Of a stretch of 64,000 nt of DNA, positions 1-10,253 are shown one piece after another. The translations under genes and the position numbers were made by a program. The notes beneath the pieces were generated by a model. It saw only the letters and a list, made by a program, of their open reading frames with translations, was not told the DNA's origin and did no database searches. The stretch comes from Alphaproteobacteria bacterium (GTDB lineage: Bacteria > Pseudomonadota > Alphaproteobacteria > MPNO01 > UBA830): positions 352,001 to 416,000 of the forward strand of contig OZ251539.1 of assembly GCA_965243135.1 (NCBI GenBank), in the 5' to 3' direction. How positions within the stretch are numbered: the stretch's first letter is position 1; every line of letters begins with the position of its first letter.

Positions 1-1350
1 GCCGTCGACGCGACCGCGCCGGAACGTTCCTGGACCACCGAAACCGCGGTCGTGGAGGTCGCCGGGACGATCAGGTTCGGCGCGCGCCTCACCTGCGTCG
101 TCCGCGGGGAAAGCGAGCCGTTCGTTCCGTCGGTTCCCGGGCCTGTGAAGCAGGTCGTCGACGGATGCGGCGGCGTTCTCGACGGCCGGTCGATCGGCGG
201 AGGGCCCTGGCTCGTCGATACGCCGGAAGAGGCGTTCCGGCTCGTCGAGTTTATGTCCAGTCCCGACCGCCAATGCGACGTTCTCGCCATTTCGACCCGG
301 GGTTCGAGCGACGATCCCGACGCCACCCTGATTCAGGCCCGGTCCGTGTTCGAGCGGACGATCGGAGCCGCTCATGTCGTCGTCGTCACGGCGACGGGCA
401 ACTACGCCCTGACCGAGCTGGTCGGAAAGGAGCTGTCGGTTTTCCGGCAGGCCGTCCGGACGTACAGGCCTGGTTTCGATCCGGAAGGCGCGGCGCCTCG
501 CGAACATCCGCTGGCGCTCGGCATGCGCATAGCGGACTGGCCGGGGGGACCGTCCGGTTTCGAGGATTTCCTCGTGGCCAACTGCCTGCGCGGCACCGTC
601 GACCGGCCGGACCGCGAACGCCTGCTGCCGTCCTATGTCGCGATCAAGCAGGCCGCGCAGAAGTTGCGCAAGAAAACCGCGGCCGCCGGTTCGATAACGG
701 ACTCCGAGCGCGTGGCGGTGCTGGAAAACGAAGAGCTCAGGAGGGACAACCAGGATTACGAAGCCCTGCTCGAGATCGCCGAAGAGGAGCTGAGCCAGGT
801 TCGGGACGAGCGCGACGCCGCGAGAGGCGAAATCTGGCGCCTCAAGAACCGGGTCGAATATCTGGAGCGGCAGGACGTCCGGGGCCCGGTCGCCGAAGAC
901 GAAATACCGGACGCTTTCGACGATCTGGAACGATGGGCGGCCCGGCATCTGGCCGGGAAGGTGACGCTTACCGGTCGCGCGATACGGGCCGCGAAGGATT
1001 CGCCGTTCGAGGATGCGCGCCTCGCTTATCGCGCGCTCCTCATCCTGCGGGACCGCTACGTTCCCATGCGCCGGGAGGGCGGTCTCGATCTCAAGGAGGC
1101 GTACCGAAAGGCGCTGGAGAAGGAAGCGCTTCAGGAGCAGCCGACGTTCGCGGGAACTCGATCCGGGGAGCACGGAGACGTCTATTTCGTCAGGCACCGG
1201 GGGAGAAGGCGGGAACTCGACCTGCACCTGAAAGGAAGCGACTCCCGGGATCCACGTTTCGGCTTTCGCCTGTACTTCTTCTGGGACAACGAGAACGAGG
1301 AGGTCGTCGTGGGGTCGCTTCCGAACCACCTCAAGACGAGAATCACCTGA
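1..1350 (+). CDS. Conserved hypothetical protein (5'-truncated by the window) with a coiled coil and a putative RelE-like C-terminal domain
   Basis: Frame is open from base 1 to the TGA at 1348-1350 and has strong coding bias. A coiled coil (EELRRDNQ...RVEYLE) precedes the C-terminus HLKGSDSRDPRFGFRLYFFWD...VVVGSLPNHL. The RelE-like fold is an inference. Confidence 0.7.
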   Translation, partial: AVDATAPERSWTTETAVVEVAGTIRFGARLTCVVRGESEPFVPSVPGPVKQVVDGCGGVLDGRSIGGGPWLVDTPEEAFRLVEFMSSPDRQCDVLAISTRGSSDDPDATLIQARSVFERTIGAAHVVVVTATGNYALTELVGKELSVFRQAVRTYRPGFDPEGAAPREHPLALGMRIADWPGGPSGFEDFLVANCLRGTVDRPDRERLLPSYVAIKQAAQKLRKKTAAAGSITDSERVAVLENEELRRDNQDYEALLEIAEEELSQVRDERDAARGEIWRLKNRVEYLERQDVRGPVAEDEIPDAFDDLERWAARHLAGKVTLTGRAIRAAKDSPFEDARLAYRALLILRDRYVPMRREGGLDLKEAYRKALEKEALQEQPTFAGTRSGEHGDVYFVRHRGRRRELDLHLKGSDSRDPRFGFRLYFFWDNENEEVVVGSLPNHLKTRIT

Positions 1351-1379
1351 ACGGCGACGGGCCGGGCGTCCCGGATGCA

Positions 1380-1737
1380 GGCTGAACTGTCGGCGACGAC
1401 GGCTTGCGGCTCTGTTTCGACCCCTTGCGCCCGGAGAGCCGGGCGGCGGAGGAACCGGCCGTTCCTTCGACGAGCGCTGCGGAAGATGTACAGACTTTCA
1501 TGCGGCTTCGCGGAAGCCAATTCCTTGCAGGAACTTTCGGTATCCGCCGGAATGTCGGAATGCTGGTCTTCCCATCCCGCCGCCAAGGGCGAACGCATCC
1601 GAGGAAGCGGCGGTCCAAGTCGCGGCGATGGTGGCGGGCGGCCGGAAAAATGATTGTTGGCGGGGCGGTTTCAGCCAACGGTGCTACGGACTCTTCACGA
1701 GACGATCCGGTATGATCGCGCACGAGAGGAACGGCGG
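1380..1737 (+). repeat. Conserved ~350-bp leader of the Sel1-ardC cassette, copy 1 (others at ~10290-10657 and ~18915-19272)
   Basis: Blocks such as gactttcatgcg, ttgcaggaa, ccaagggcgaacgcat and cacgagacgatccg.tatgatcgcgca occur in all three copies. Confidence 0.85.
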
Positions 1738-2760
1738 ATGAAGATTTTACTTTTTCTTGCGCTCGTTTTGGCGGCGTCGGCCGGTTCGGCGACAGGCCAG
1801 GCGTTCGAAGAGTCCCGAGCGGCCTATGATCGCGGCGATTACGCAACGGCTTTACGAGGGTTTCGTCCGCTCGCCGCCCAAGGACACGCTGAGGCTCAGC
1901 TCTTGCTCGGCAGCATGTACGTCCGAGGCCGGGGCGTTGCGAAGGACGCCGCCGAGGCTGCGAAGTGGTTTCGCCGCGCCGCCGAACAGGGAGACGCCGA
2001 CGCTCAGTTCTTGCTCGGCAGCATGTACTTCCAAGGCCGGGGCGTTGCGAAGGACGATGCCGAAGCCGTGAAGTGGTGTCGCCGCGCCGCTGAACAGGGA
2101 AACGCCACGGCTCAGTACATCCTCGGCAGCATGTACGTCCAAGGCCGGGGCGTTGCGAAGGACGATGCCGAAGCCGTGAAGTGGTATCGCCGCGCCGCTG
2201 AACAGGGAAACGCCACGGCTCAGTACTTCCTCGGGGGCATGTATGCCCGCGGCGAGGGCGTTGCTGAGAACGCTGCGGAGGCTGCGACGTGGTATCGCCG
2301 CGCCGCCGAACAGGGAGACGCCGACGCTCAGTTACGCCTCGGGGGCATGTACGCCCGCGGCGAGGGCGTTGCTGAGAACGCTGCGGAGGCTGCGAAGTGG
2401 TATCGCCGCGCCGCCGAACAGGGAGACGCCGACGCTCAGTTACGCCTCGGGGGCATGTACGCCAACGGCGAGGGCGTTGCTGAGAACGCTGCGGAGGCTG
2501 TGAAGTGGTATCGCCGCGCCGCCGAACAGGGAGACGCCCTCGCTCAGTTACACCTCGGGGCCATGTACTACAAGGGCAGCGGCGTTCCCCAGAACTACCT
2601 TCGAGCGCATGTATGGATAAACTTGGCCGCTTCCCGGCTGGCGGGCGTGCAACGCGAGGCTGCTGTCATATTTCGCGATAAAGTTGCGAAGTTGCTGTCG
2701 AAATCGGAACTCGGGCGCGCGCAACGCATGGCGGAAGAGTGGCGGGCCAAGACCGAGTGA
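1738..2760 (+). CDS. Secreted Sel1-like repeat protein, copy 1 (7 repeats)
   Basis: Signal peptide MKILLFLALVLAASAGSA followed by 36-aa repeats AQxxLGxMYxxGxGVxxxxxEAxKWYRRAAEQG. Confidence 0.95.
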   Translation: MKILLFLALVLAASAGSATGQAFEESRAAYDRGDYATALRGFRPLAAQGHAEAQLLLGSMYVRGRGVAKDAAEAAKWFRRAAEQGDADAQFLLGSMYFQGRGVAKDDAEAVKWCRRAAEQGNATAQYILGSMYVQGRGVAKDDAEAVKWYRRAAEQGNATAQYFLGGMYARGEGVAENAAEAATWYRRAAEQGDADAQLRLGGMYARGEGVAENAAEAAKWYRRAAEQGDADAQLRLGGMYANGEGVAENAAEAVKWYRRAAEQGDALAQLHLGAMYYKGSGVPQNYLRAHVWINLAASRLAGVQREAAVIFRDKVAKLLSKSELGRAQRMAEEWRAKTE

Positions 2761-2948
2761 CGGTTGCCGCGGCGCGGACAGAGGTGCGCACGGAACGAAC
2801 GGGTTCGCTGGTTTCGCGAAACCCTGCAGACGCCGCACCCGGAGCGCACGAGTTCCGGCACCCGGCTGCGAACCTTCTTTCTGTCGCCGGAAGAGCGTAG
2901 TAGTTTTCCTCGTCCCGTTCGCGCCGCGGGGCCGGAAAGAAGGAGCCG

Positions 2949-3310
2949 ATGGCGAGAGACATCTACCAGGAGGTCGCCGACACGATCCTGGCCCAGTTCG
3001 AAAAAGGCGTGTGGCCGTGGGAGATCGGCGTCGAGGCGGAGAAGCCGGCCCCGACCCTTCCCCTTCGCCACAACGGCGAACCCTACCGCTAGGCGCAGGA
3101 ACTCGGCGGCAATGTCCGCAAGGGCGAAAAGGGCGTCCTCGGCACCTTCGCCAAGACCTGGGCGAAGAAGGAGCCCGAGACCGGCATTGAGGAGGAGAAG
3201 GAGGTTCCGGTCATGAAGGGCTACACCGTCTTCAACGTCGTCCAGATCGACAGCTTGCCGCAGCGGTACTACGAACGGAAGTCCGAGGAAATGAGTCCGG
3301 CGACTCGGGG
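2949..3310 (+). pseudogene. ardC: ardC remnant (5' part, with internal deletions and a frameshift)
   Basis: MARDIYQEVADTILAQ...MKGYTVFNV...YYERKSEEMSP, nearly identical to 20268-20715 apart from deletions. Confidence 0.9.
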
Positions 3311-3473
3311 CGAGCGGCGGAGATTCTATTTGGCAGGGGCCGGGTATCCGGCAACCTTGAAGGCAATGCCCTTACCGGCCTTCCCGTTTCCTCATTGCCT
3401 GTCGCTTACCGCAAGAAGCCGGTATGTTTGTCCGGCGCATTCGAAAATGGCGCGCGGGATGAGGCTGACAAAA

Positions 3474-4333
3474 TGACAGGCAGGCGGCAAAATGTTCCAA
3501 AAGGTAGCGAAATCCCGACGAAGATCTGGCTGGAGCAGATTGAAATGAAGAAGATAATGTTTGTGGGGCTGGACGGGGAAGGGCCGCCAGATTTCACGGG
3601 AGAATACCTCGAAGAGAAAATCGCTGTCGAAGCGTGCCTCCTTTACGACAAGAGCGTTTGGGGAAGAACAATAGAGACGGCAGTGAAAGAAATGCTCGAA
3701 TCACTGATTCGCGAAGTCGGGTCCGAAGAAGGGATAGGTATCCACTGGTTAGTCGAATATGATGAACAGGATCGACCTCCGAAAAATACGGATCGCAAGA
3801 GCCTCAAGAAACAGATAAAAGCGGTTGTGCGATCAGTGAAATCCGACGGTATGTGGGGACGGGAATTTTCGATCAGAGCACAGGACAAATCGGATGGGAG
3901 GGGCATAACGCTTGTTCCGGTCGGACAGGCGACAAATGAAACGACAATCAGCGGATGGGGCGCAGATACCGGGCAGATTTTGTACGGTGACGAGCTGGGG
4001 ATGCAGATTGGCGCTCTGGTATCGGAAAAGGCTCGAAAAGTGCGCAAGAGCGAGAGGGCGCGAGCATTCGACAGATGGTGGCTCATCCTCGACGATGAAG
4101 TGACCTTTGCAATGGACATACTCTCTCCCGGTAGCGAGCCCGCTTTACTCAAACACATCCGCGAGGCGGAAGGCTTCGAAATGTGGAGCAAAATCGTGCT
4201 GCTGAGCAGAATGCGGGACACGGTGCTTCCCCCGGATTCGCCGCTGTGGTTCAAGCCCCTCTGGGAAGATCCACGATGTCCGCCTCTTCCGGTATCTCCA
4301 TCACCAGCCGAACCATATGTGTTCCGCCTTTAG
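3474..4333 (+). CDS. Hypothetical protein, possible PD-(D/E)xK-like nuclease (start uncertain)
   Basis: Long ORF with lower GC than its flanks; motifs PPDF...IAVEAC and WWLILDDE. Confidence 0.55.
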
Positions 4334-4674
4334 GTTCGGAATGATCGGATGAGCGGCGCTTCGACTTCTCGATCGATCAAGCGAAGGTCGATGCCCGCTC
4401 TCTACGGTCCGTACGCCGCACGCACCAGCGTTCCGCCGGTACGTTTCGGGGCGCCCGACACGGTGCGGAAGGGCGATATGCCCGTCCGTGCGGATTCAAC
4501 GACGGAAGAGAAATGGAACCCCCGCTTCGGATCTTTGGCGTCCGCGAGGGCTACGATTTTGCAGCTGGGAACGGGAAATCGTGTTGTGGAGACCTTCCAT
4601 CGTGCGTTGCCTCTCTTCGGCGCGACGGACATAGAATGCCCTGGCACTGCTGAAACCTGTTGAAATGTTCGGCT

Positions 4675-7600
4675 ATGTCGACGGAATACATCGATCTTGA
4701 CCGGCGATTTCGCGACCTTGACTGCATGTGGAACGAGGATCCGGAATCGCTTCTTGCCGTACTCGATCACGGTTTATTTGCGTATGGCGATGCACGGAGG
4801 CTGATCGGATGGCCGGAACTTCTGGAGCATGACCGGATCGTCTTGCTCGCGGAGTCCGGCGCCGGAAAGACCAGGGAGATGGAAGAGCAGGCGAAGCGTC
4901 TCGCCGGAGACGGCAAGCATGCGTTCTTTCTGACGCTGAACGATCTTGCCCGTGGCGAAGGGCCGATCGACGTTCTCCTTTCTCGGGAAGAGGAAAGGAG
5001 ACTGAAAACGTGGGTGGACGACGGGGCGGCGGCGGCCTGGTTTTTTCTCGACGCGGCGGACGAGATGAAGCTTGCAGGAGGTCAGCTCGACCGGGCGTTG
5101 CTCAGGCTTTCGCGGGATATAGATGTTCGCCGCGCTTGCATCGTCATATCCTGCCGTCCGGGCGACTGGCGACCGGAAACAGATGCGGCGACTGTGCTGA
5201 AACGGCTGCCGGTCGAGAAGCGGGAAACCGCAATCTCCTCGTCGCCTTCGGAAGAAGCGTTCCTCGCTCCCCTTCGGCGCGACGATACGGAAGTTGCCGG
5301 CCGGGAGGAGGCCAGCCTCCAAAACGCCGTGCGAACCGTGACCGTTTTCCCGATGTACCGAGGGCAGATCGAGCGTTTGTCGAAAGTCTGCGGCATCGAG
5401 AACACGGGTCGATTTCTGGAAGAGATCGACCGGCAGGATGCGTGGCATCTGGCGCGCACGCCGCTGGGCCTGAACCATTTGGCCGCCACATGGAAGCGGA
5501 CGAAGGATCTCGGCACGCTGGAGCAGCAGTACGAGGCAAGCGTCGAGGACAGGTTGAGGGAACGGCATCCCGACCGGCCCGACAGCGGAGTCCTCGACGC
5601 CGAACGGTCGCGCCGCGGAGCGGAGAAGCTTGCCTTGGCGCTTGCCCTCACGCGCAAGAACGCCGTTCGCTCGCCGGAACTCAGGGCAGACGGGAATGAA
5701 GGCGACGAAAACGTGCTCGATCCCGCGCAAATCCTCTGTTGGACGGAAGCGGAATGGCGGACGTTGTTGCGGCGGCCTTTGTTCGATCCTGCCGGGTGCG
5801 GGCGCGTTCGCTTCCACCATCTCTCGGTCCAGGACTACCTGGCCGCCCGATGCCTGCGACGACTGCGCGAGAAGGGCCTGTCGCCAAGCGAGCTGCTCCG
5901 CCACTTGTTCGGTCAAGGAGGGGTATTCCCCGCCATGCGCGGCATAGCCGCATGGCTCGCGCTTTGGGACGCTCCGACGCGTATCGAACTGGTTGGGCGC
6001 GAACCGGAGGTCTTGCTTTCGCATGGAGATCCCGAGTCGCTGGATCGGGACGCTCGAGCCGACATCGTGCGGTCGTTCGTCCGCAGGTATGGTCAGGGAG
6101 GATGGCGTGGCCTGAAAATCGATCAGGTTCACCGGTTTGCGCATCCGGACCTTGCGCCCGGGATACGCGAGTGCTGGGGGAACGGGCCGCCCAACGAGGA
6201 GGTCCGGAAGCTCCTGATCGCACTTATTGAAGCGGGTCCGGTCGAAGATTGCGCAGATTTGGCCGATACAGCGGCGCGAAACAAGGGCTGGGATTCTTAC
6301 CATCGTGCCGACGCGATTCGCGCACTGATCGCCTGCGATCGGAAAGACCTCGTTCAGAAGATCGCGGACGAGATGCCGAGGGTGCCGGAAGACTGGCCCG
6401 ACGAAGTCGTGATCGATATCGCCCCGCGTCTGTTTCCGGAATTCATCGCGGCCGACGGATTGACGACTCTGGCAGAGCGGATCGGCGACCAAACGCAGGC
6501 GGTAAACGACTTTGCCTGGAAACTGCAGGAGATTGTCAGGGGCGTTCAACCATGGTCCGGGGCGGCCGTATCCTTGCGCGACGGAATGGCGGATCTCGTC
6601 TGGCGCGGACGCGGCGCTGAACAGGGTGACTGGAACCTCAGGAGCCGGTTCGACTACCTGTCACCGCCGCTTGCGCTCCTGTGCGGACGACAACTGGAAA
6701 CGCTTTCGGGGCGGTGCGCCGCCGGACTGATTCGCGCCTGCGTGATCGCATCCCGTTTCGGCAGGAGCGAGAGGAACGTGAGAGAGTCCGTCGCCATGCT
6801 GAGGGACAGCATCGCTGCAGCGATGCGGTCCGATGTCTTTTGGAGCGAACTGGAAGTCATCGACGAAATCGCTCCGGCCGACGACGACTGGCAGCGATTT
6901 TATCGCGTCGCGCAATACGGGCTCGTTGATTTTCCCGCTGCCTCGGACCGGCAATGGCTATTGGATGCACTGGGAGACGAAAATCGGCCGGAACGGCGCA
7001 CAGTCGCTCTTTATGCCTTGATACGGATCTGGAACCGGCAGGACGCTTCGGAACTCGACGACATGCGAAGGATTATCGGGGAAGACGCCGCTCTCGGCCG
7101 GATTCTGGAAGAGTGCACTGCCCTTCCATCGCCGGAGAAAATCGAAAAAAACAGCAAGCGCGAGCGTGAAATCGCGTTCCTGAAGCAGGAAAACGAACGC
7201 GAGGAAGAACGACAGTTGAAAAAGTGGAGGGAATGGCGGACGAGTCTGCTGGCCGATCCTGACGACGCCTTCTCGCCAGAGAACAGGAACGGGACGCTTT
7301 CCAGAATTTTTTCATGGCTGCACCAATCCAGCGGAAGCGCCAATCGCTGCAATTTCTGGAACGAAGAGGCTTTGACGCAGGCGTTCGGCGCGGCCGTCGC
7401 CCACCGTACGGTGGAGGCGATTCGAGAACGCTGGAGTGACACACGGCCGACGCTCTGGTCCGAGAGACCGGTCGAATCCAGAGACCTGATTTCCGGTGAT
7501 TGGATCATTGGATTGGCGGGAGTCTCGGCCGAGATCGCGAAGGACGGTGCGGCTTCCTTGACGCCCGAGGAAGCATGCACGGCAGCGATATACGCGACCA

Positions 7601-8991
7601 TCAAACTGAACGGCTTTGCGCCTTTTATCGCTGATCTTGTGAAAGCTCGTCCTCTGGAGGTGGAAAAAGTGATCGGCGGCGAAGCGAGCGCCCAGCTCCG
7701 CATGGGCAACGAACACGATCATTTGCCGATCCTTCGGGATCTTGCATACGCCGAACCCCCTCTCAAGCGTCTGTTGGCCCCTCGTTTGCTTGCGGAGATC
7801 ACGACCTGGCCGCATGCCGTTGCAGCAGCGGAAGTTCCGCGACGGGTGGATCATCTCGGTCATTTGCTGCGTATTCTGGCCGACAGCGGGAAGCAACAAG
7901 CGGAAGTCGCGGAGAAATGCGCCGGCCGCTACGAGGCAGATCCCGAGGGCGTTTTTGCGATCACGTGGTTGCGCGGCTTGTTTCAGGTCGACGCGGCCTG
8001 GGGAGCGAAGCTCCTGACGGGATCGCTTTCCGAAGCAGGCAATCCCGCTGTTCGCGAGCGCGGGGTCGAGAGCTTGGCCGCGCTCTTCGGCCAGCCGGAC
8101 GCAGTGGTCTTCAAGACTAAGGATCCGGCCCAACGGGTGGACTCTCTCGAGCGACTCGTCCGGTGCGCTTACGCCTGCGTTCGCCCGGAAGACGACAACG
8201 TCCGCGGCGGAGATACCCCGGCATCGCGCGACGATGCCGAATGGGCGCGGAATTCGCTGCTGTCGATGTTGCTCGATTGCAGCGGGCCAGCGGCGTGGCG
8301 GGCTGTCGAGAGGCTCGCGGACGAGGAAAACTTCGCGGGTATCAGGGATGCCATGCTGTATCGCCGGAGTCTGGCGCTCGACGCCGAGTTCGTCCCGCTC
8401 CCTCCAGAAGCAGTGGTCGACTTGATGACGCGCTTCGAGAGCCGTCCTCAGGACGTAAACAGCCTGATGGATATCTTGTTGGGGCGGTTGGAAGACATCG
8501 ATCATTATCGGAAGCATGGTCGCCACTCTGATCGGCGCAGGTGGCAAAGCGGAAATCAGGAAATCGATATGCAGCTCTGGCTCGCCGAGCGTCTCGAAAA
8601 GGGGGCGAACGGCATCTATGATAGTGTGGTGCGGGAGCCGCAGGACGCCGACAGGAAGCGGCCGGATATCCTGATTTCTGCCGGTGATCTGAACATAGCC
8701 GTCGAGGTGAAGTTCGCGGATCAGCGCAGCCCGAACATGCTTGAACAGGCGCTTCGTGACCAGCTCGTGGGGCGGTATATGAGGCACTCAAGCTGCGCGG
8801 CGGGCTGCTTGCTGCTTACGTACCGCGGAAAGCAGAAATCTTGGCGGCACCCGGACACCGGCGAACGGCTCGAGTTTACGAATGTGGTCGAATTCCTTCG
8901 GGACAGGGCGCGCGCAATCGAAAAGGAGGATGAGCGCGATATCCGCATCGAAGTATTCGGCATCGACCTGACCGATCCGTTGATCGCCTGA
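4675..8991 (+). CDS. Large STAND/NACHT-type NTPase with a C-terminal restriction-endonuclease-like domain (Avs/NLR-like defence candidate)
   Basis: Walker A LLAESGAGKT, Walker B FFLDAADE, winged-helix motif RFHHLSVQDYLAA, long helical region, C-terminal REPQ...RPDI...IAVEVK. Confidence 0.85.
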   Translation: MSTEYIDLDRRFRDLDCMWNEDPESLLAVLDHGLFAYGDARRLIGWPELLEHDRIVLLAESGAGKTREMEEQAKRLAGDGKHAFFLTLNDLARGEGPIDVLLSREEERRLKTWVDDGAAAAWFFLDAADEMKLAGGQLDRALLRLSRDIDVRRACIVISCRPGDWRPETDAATVLKRLPVEKRETAISSSPSEEAFLAPLRRDDTEVAGREEASLQNAVRTVTVFPMYRGQIERLSKVCGIENTGRFLEEIDRQDAWHLARTPLGLNHLAATWKRTKDLGTLEQQYEASVEDRLRERHPDRPDSGVLDAERSRRGAEKLALALALTRKNAVRSPELRADGNEGDENVLDPAQILCWTEAEWRTLLRRPLFDPAGCGRVRFHHLSVQDYLAARCLRRLREKGLSPSELLRHLFGQGGVFPAMRGIAAWLALWDAPTRIELVGREPEVLLSHGDPESLDRDARADIVRSFVRRYGQGGWRGLKIDQVHRFAHPDLAPGIRECWGNGPPNEEVRKLLIALIEAGPVEDCADLADTAARNKGWDSYHRADAIRALIACDRKDLVQKIADEMPRVPEDWPDEVVIDIAPRLFPEFIAADGLTTLAERIGDQTQAVNDFAWKLQEIVRGVQPWSGAAVSLRDGMADLVWRGRGAEQGDWNLRSRFDYLSPPLALLCGRQLETLSGRCAAGLIRACVIASRFGRSERNVRESVAMLRDSIAAAMRSDVFWSELEVIDEIAPADDDWQRFYRVAQYGLVDFPAASDRQWLLDALGDENRPERRTVALYALIRIWNRQDASELDDMRRIIGEDAALGRILEECTALPSPEKIEKNSKREREIAFLKQENEREEERQLKKWREWRTSLLADPDDAFSPENRNGTLSRIFSWLHQSSGSANRCNFWNEEALTQAFGAAVAHRTVEAIRERWSDTRPTLWSERPVESRDLISGDWIIGLAGVSAEIAKDGAASLTPEEACTAAIYATIKLNGFAPFIADLVKARPLEVEKVIGGEASAQLRMGNEHDHLPILRDLAYAEPPLKRLLAPRLLAEITTWPHAVAAAEVPRRVDHLGHLLRILADSGKQQAEVAEKCAGRYEADPEGVFAITWLRGLFQVDAAWGAKLLTGSLSEAGNPAVRERGVESLAALFGQPDAVVFKTKDPAQRVDSLERLVRCAYACVRPEDDNVRGGDTPASRDDAEWARNSLLSMLLDCSGPAAWRAVERLADEENFAGIRDAMLYRRSLALDAEFVPLPPEAVVDLMTRFESRPQDVNSLMDILLGRLEDIDHYRKHGRHSDRRRWQSGNQEIDMQLWLAERLEKGANGIYDSVVREPQDADRKRPDILISAGDLNIAVEVKFADQRSPNMLEQALRDQLVGRYMRHSSCAAGCLLLTYRGKQKSWRHPDTGERLEFTNVVEFLRDRARAIEKEDERDIRIEVFGIDLTDPLIA

Positions 8992-9134
8992 CGGACCATG
9001 CCGCCGCTCGCTTTCCGAGTTCGAAACATTCCGGGGGCATGGCGCGGGCCGCACGCCGCATTCCTGTCGTCCCGAGCATACTACACGGCCCGCCCTGACG
9101 GCCGCGGGTAAAGCCGCCGGGAAAAAGGAAGCGC

Positions 9135-9430
9135 GGCGCGGGACATCTACCAGGAAATCTCCGGACCAATGTCGCTCGCCTCTGGTACGGCGCCTCCGAA
9201 CGCGGCTACGGATGCCCAATTGGACGACTTGCCGCTATGCACAGGAACTCCGCGGCGATGTCTGCAAGGGCGAAAAAGGGCACCCTCGTGACCTTCGCCA
9301 AGAACTGCGCGAAGAGGGATCCGAGGGCGGAATCGAGGAGGAAAAGGAGGTTCCGCCAAGGGCCATAGCGTCTTCAACGTCGCCCGGATCGACGGCTCGT
9401 CGCAGGATCGAGCGAAATCCGCGAGCTCGG
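9135..9430 (+). pseudogene. ardC: Heavily decayed ardC remnant
   Basis: Contains gcgcgggacatctaccagga (ARDIYQE), gcaagggcgaaaaagggc and gaggaggaaaaggaggttccg, all matching the intact ardC. Confidence 0.8.
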
Positions 9431-9746
9431 CGGCGGGGTGAAAGCTGCCGATCCGCCGAATTTTCTGCCCCGCGGCGATTGCCGCCGAAACCAGCTGATC
9501 CGGAGGACGGCAGCCCCTGCGCCAGTCCAACCCTTCCGTCGCCCCCGGCGACCTTGAAGGCAGCCCTCGATCATTGGTCTGCGGCGAGCTCGTTTTCGTA
9601 GCTGGTTCTCGCCGCAGGGAACGCCCGTCTGTCCGGCTGTCGCATAACTTTGCAGGTTTCAGCTTTCGACTTGCAGACGTTCTTCCGGTCTCCGATAAAA
9701 CGATTCGGCAAGCACGGTGGAAACGGGCGTTCCGACAGGAGGAAGA

Positions 9747-10253
9747 TTGCCGGATAGCATGACAGTTGCAGAATTTTTGAAGCTTCACGTCCAAATTGGC
9801 GAGGAACTGCGCTCCCGAGGCGTCGTGCGCAGCGCCAACACTCCTACGGACGACCTTGCGGAATATCTGTTCTGCAACGCTTACGGCGGGAAACGGGCTC
9901 CGAAACGGGGGTACGATGCCGAGGCGGATGACGGCACCCGGTACCAGATCATGGGACGGCGCATTCATCGACGCAACCAGTCTCGCCAGTTGTCGGCCAT
10001 CCGGAATCTGGCGGACGGCCATTTCCAGGTGTTGGCAGCGGTTCTGTTCGATGATTACTTCACAGTGAAACGCGCCGCTCTTGTTCCCCGACCGATCATC
10101 GAGAAGGAGGCCACCTATTACACGAACAGCCACCGCTTCATGCTCCACGATGGCGTGTGGAGTATCAGCGAGGTGACCGATGCGACGCAGCGGATAAAGG
10201 AGGCCGAGCGAACCATGAACAAGCGTGGTTTCGCGCCGGACAACGGCGGGTGA
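9747..10253 (+). CDS. Small PD-(D/E)xK-fold protein (DUF6998-like)
   Basis: RBS aggagg before a TTG; ELRSRGVVRS...DLAEYL...GYDA...RYQIMGRR...RQLS. Confidence 0.7.
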   Translation: MPDSMTVAEFLKLHVQIGEELRSRGVVRSANTPTDDLAEYLFCNAYGGKRAPKRGYDAEADDGTRYQIMGRRIHRRNQSRQLSAIRNLADGHFQVLAAVLFDDYFTVKRAALVPRPIIEKEATYYTNSHRFMLHDGVWSISEVTDATQRIKEAERTMNKRGFAPDNGG

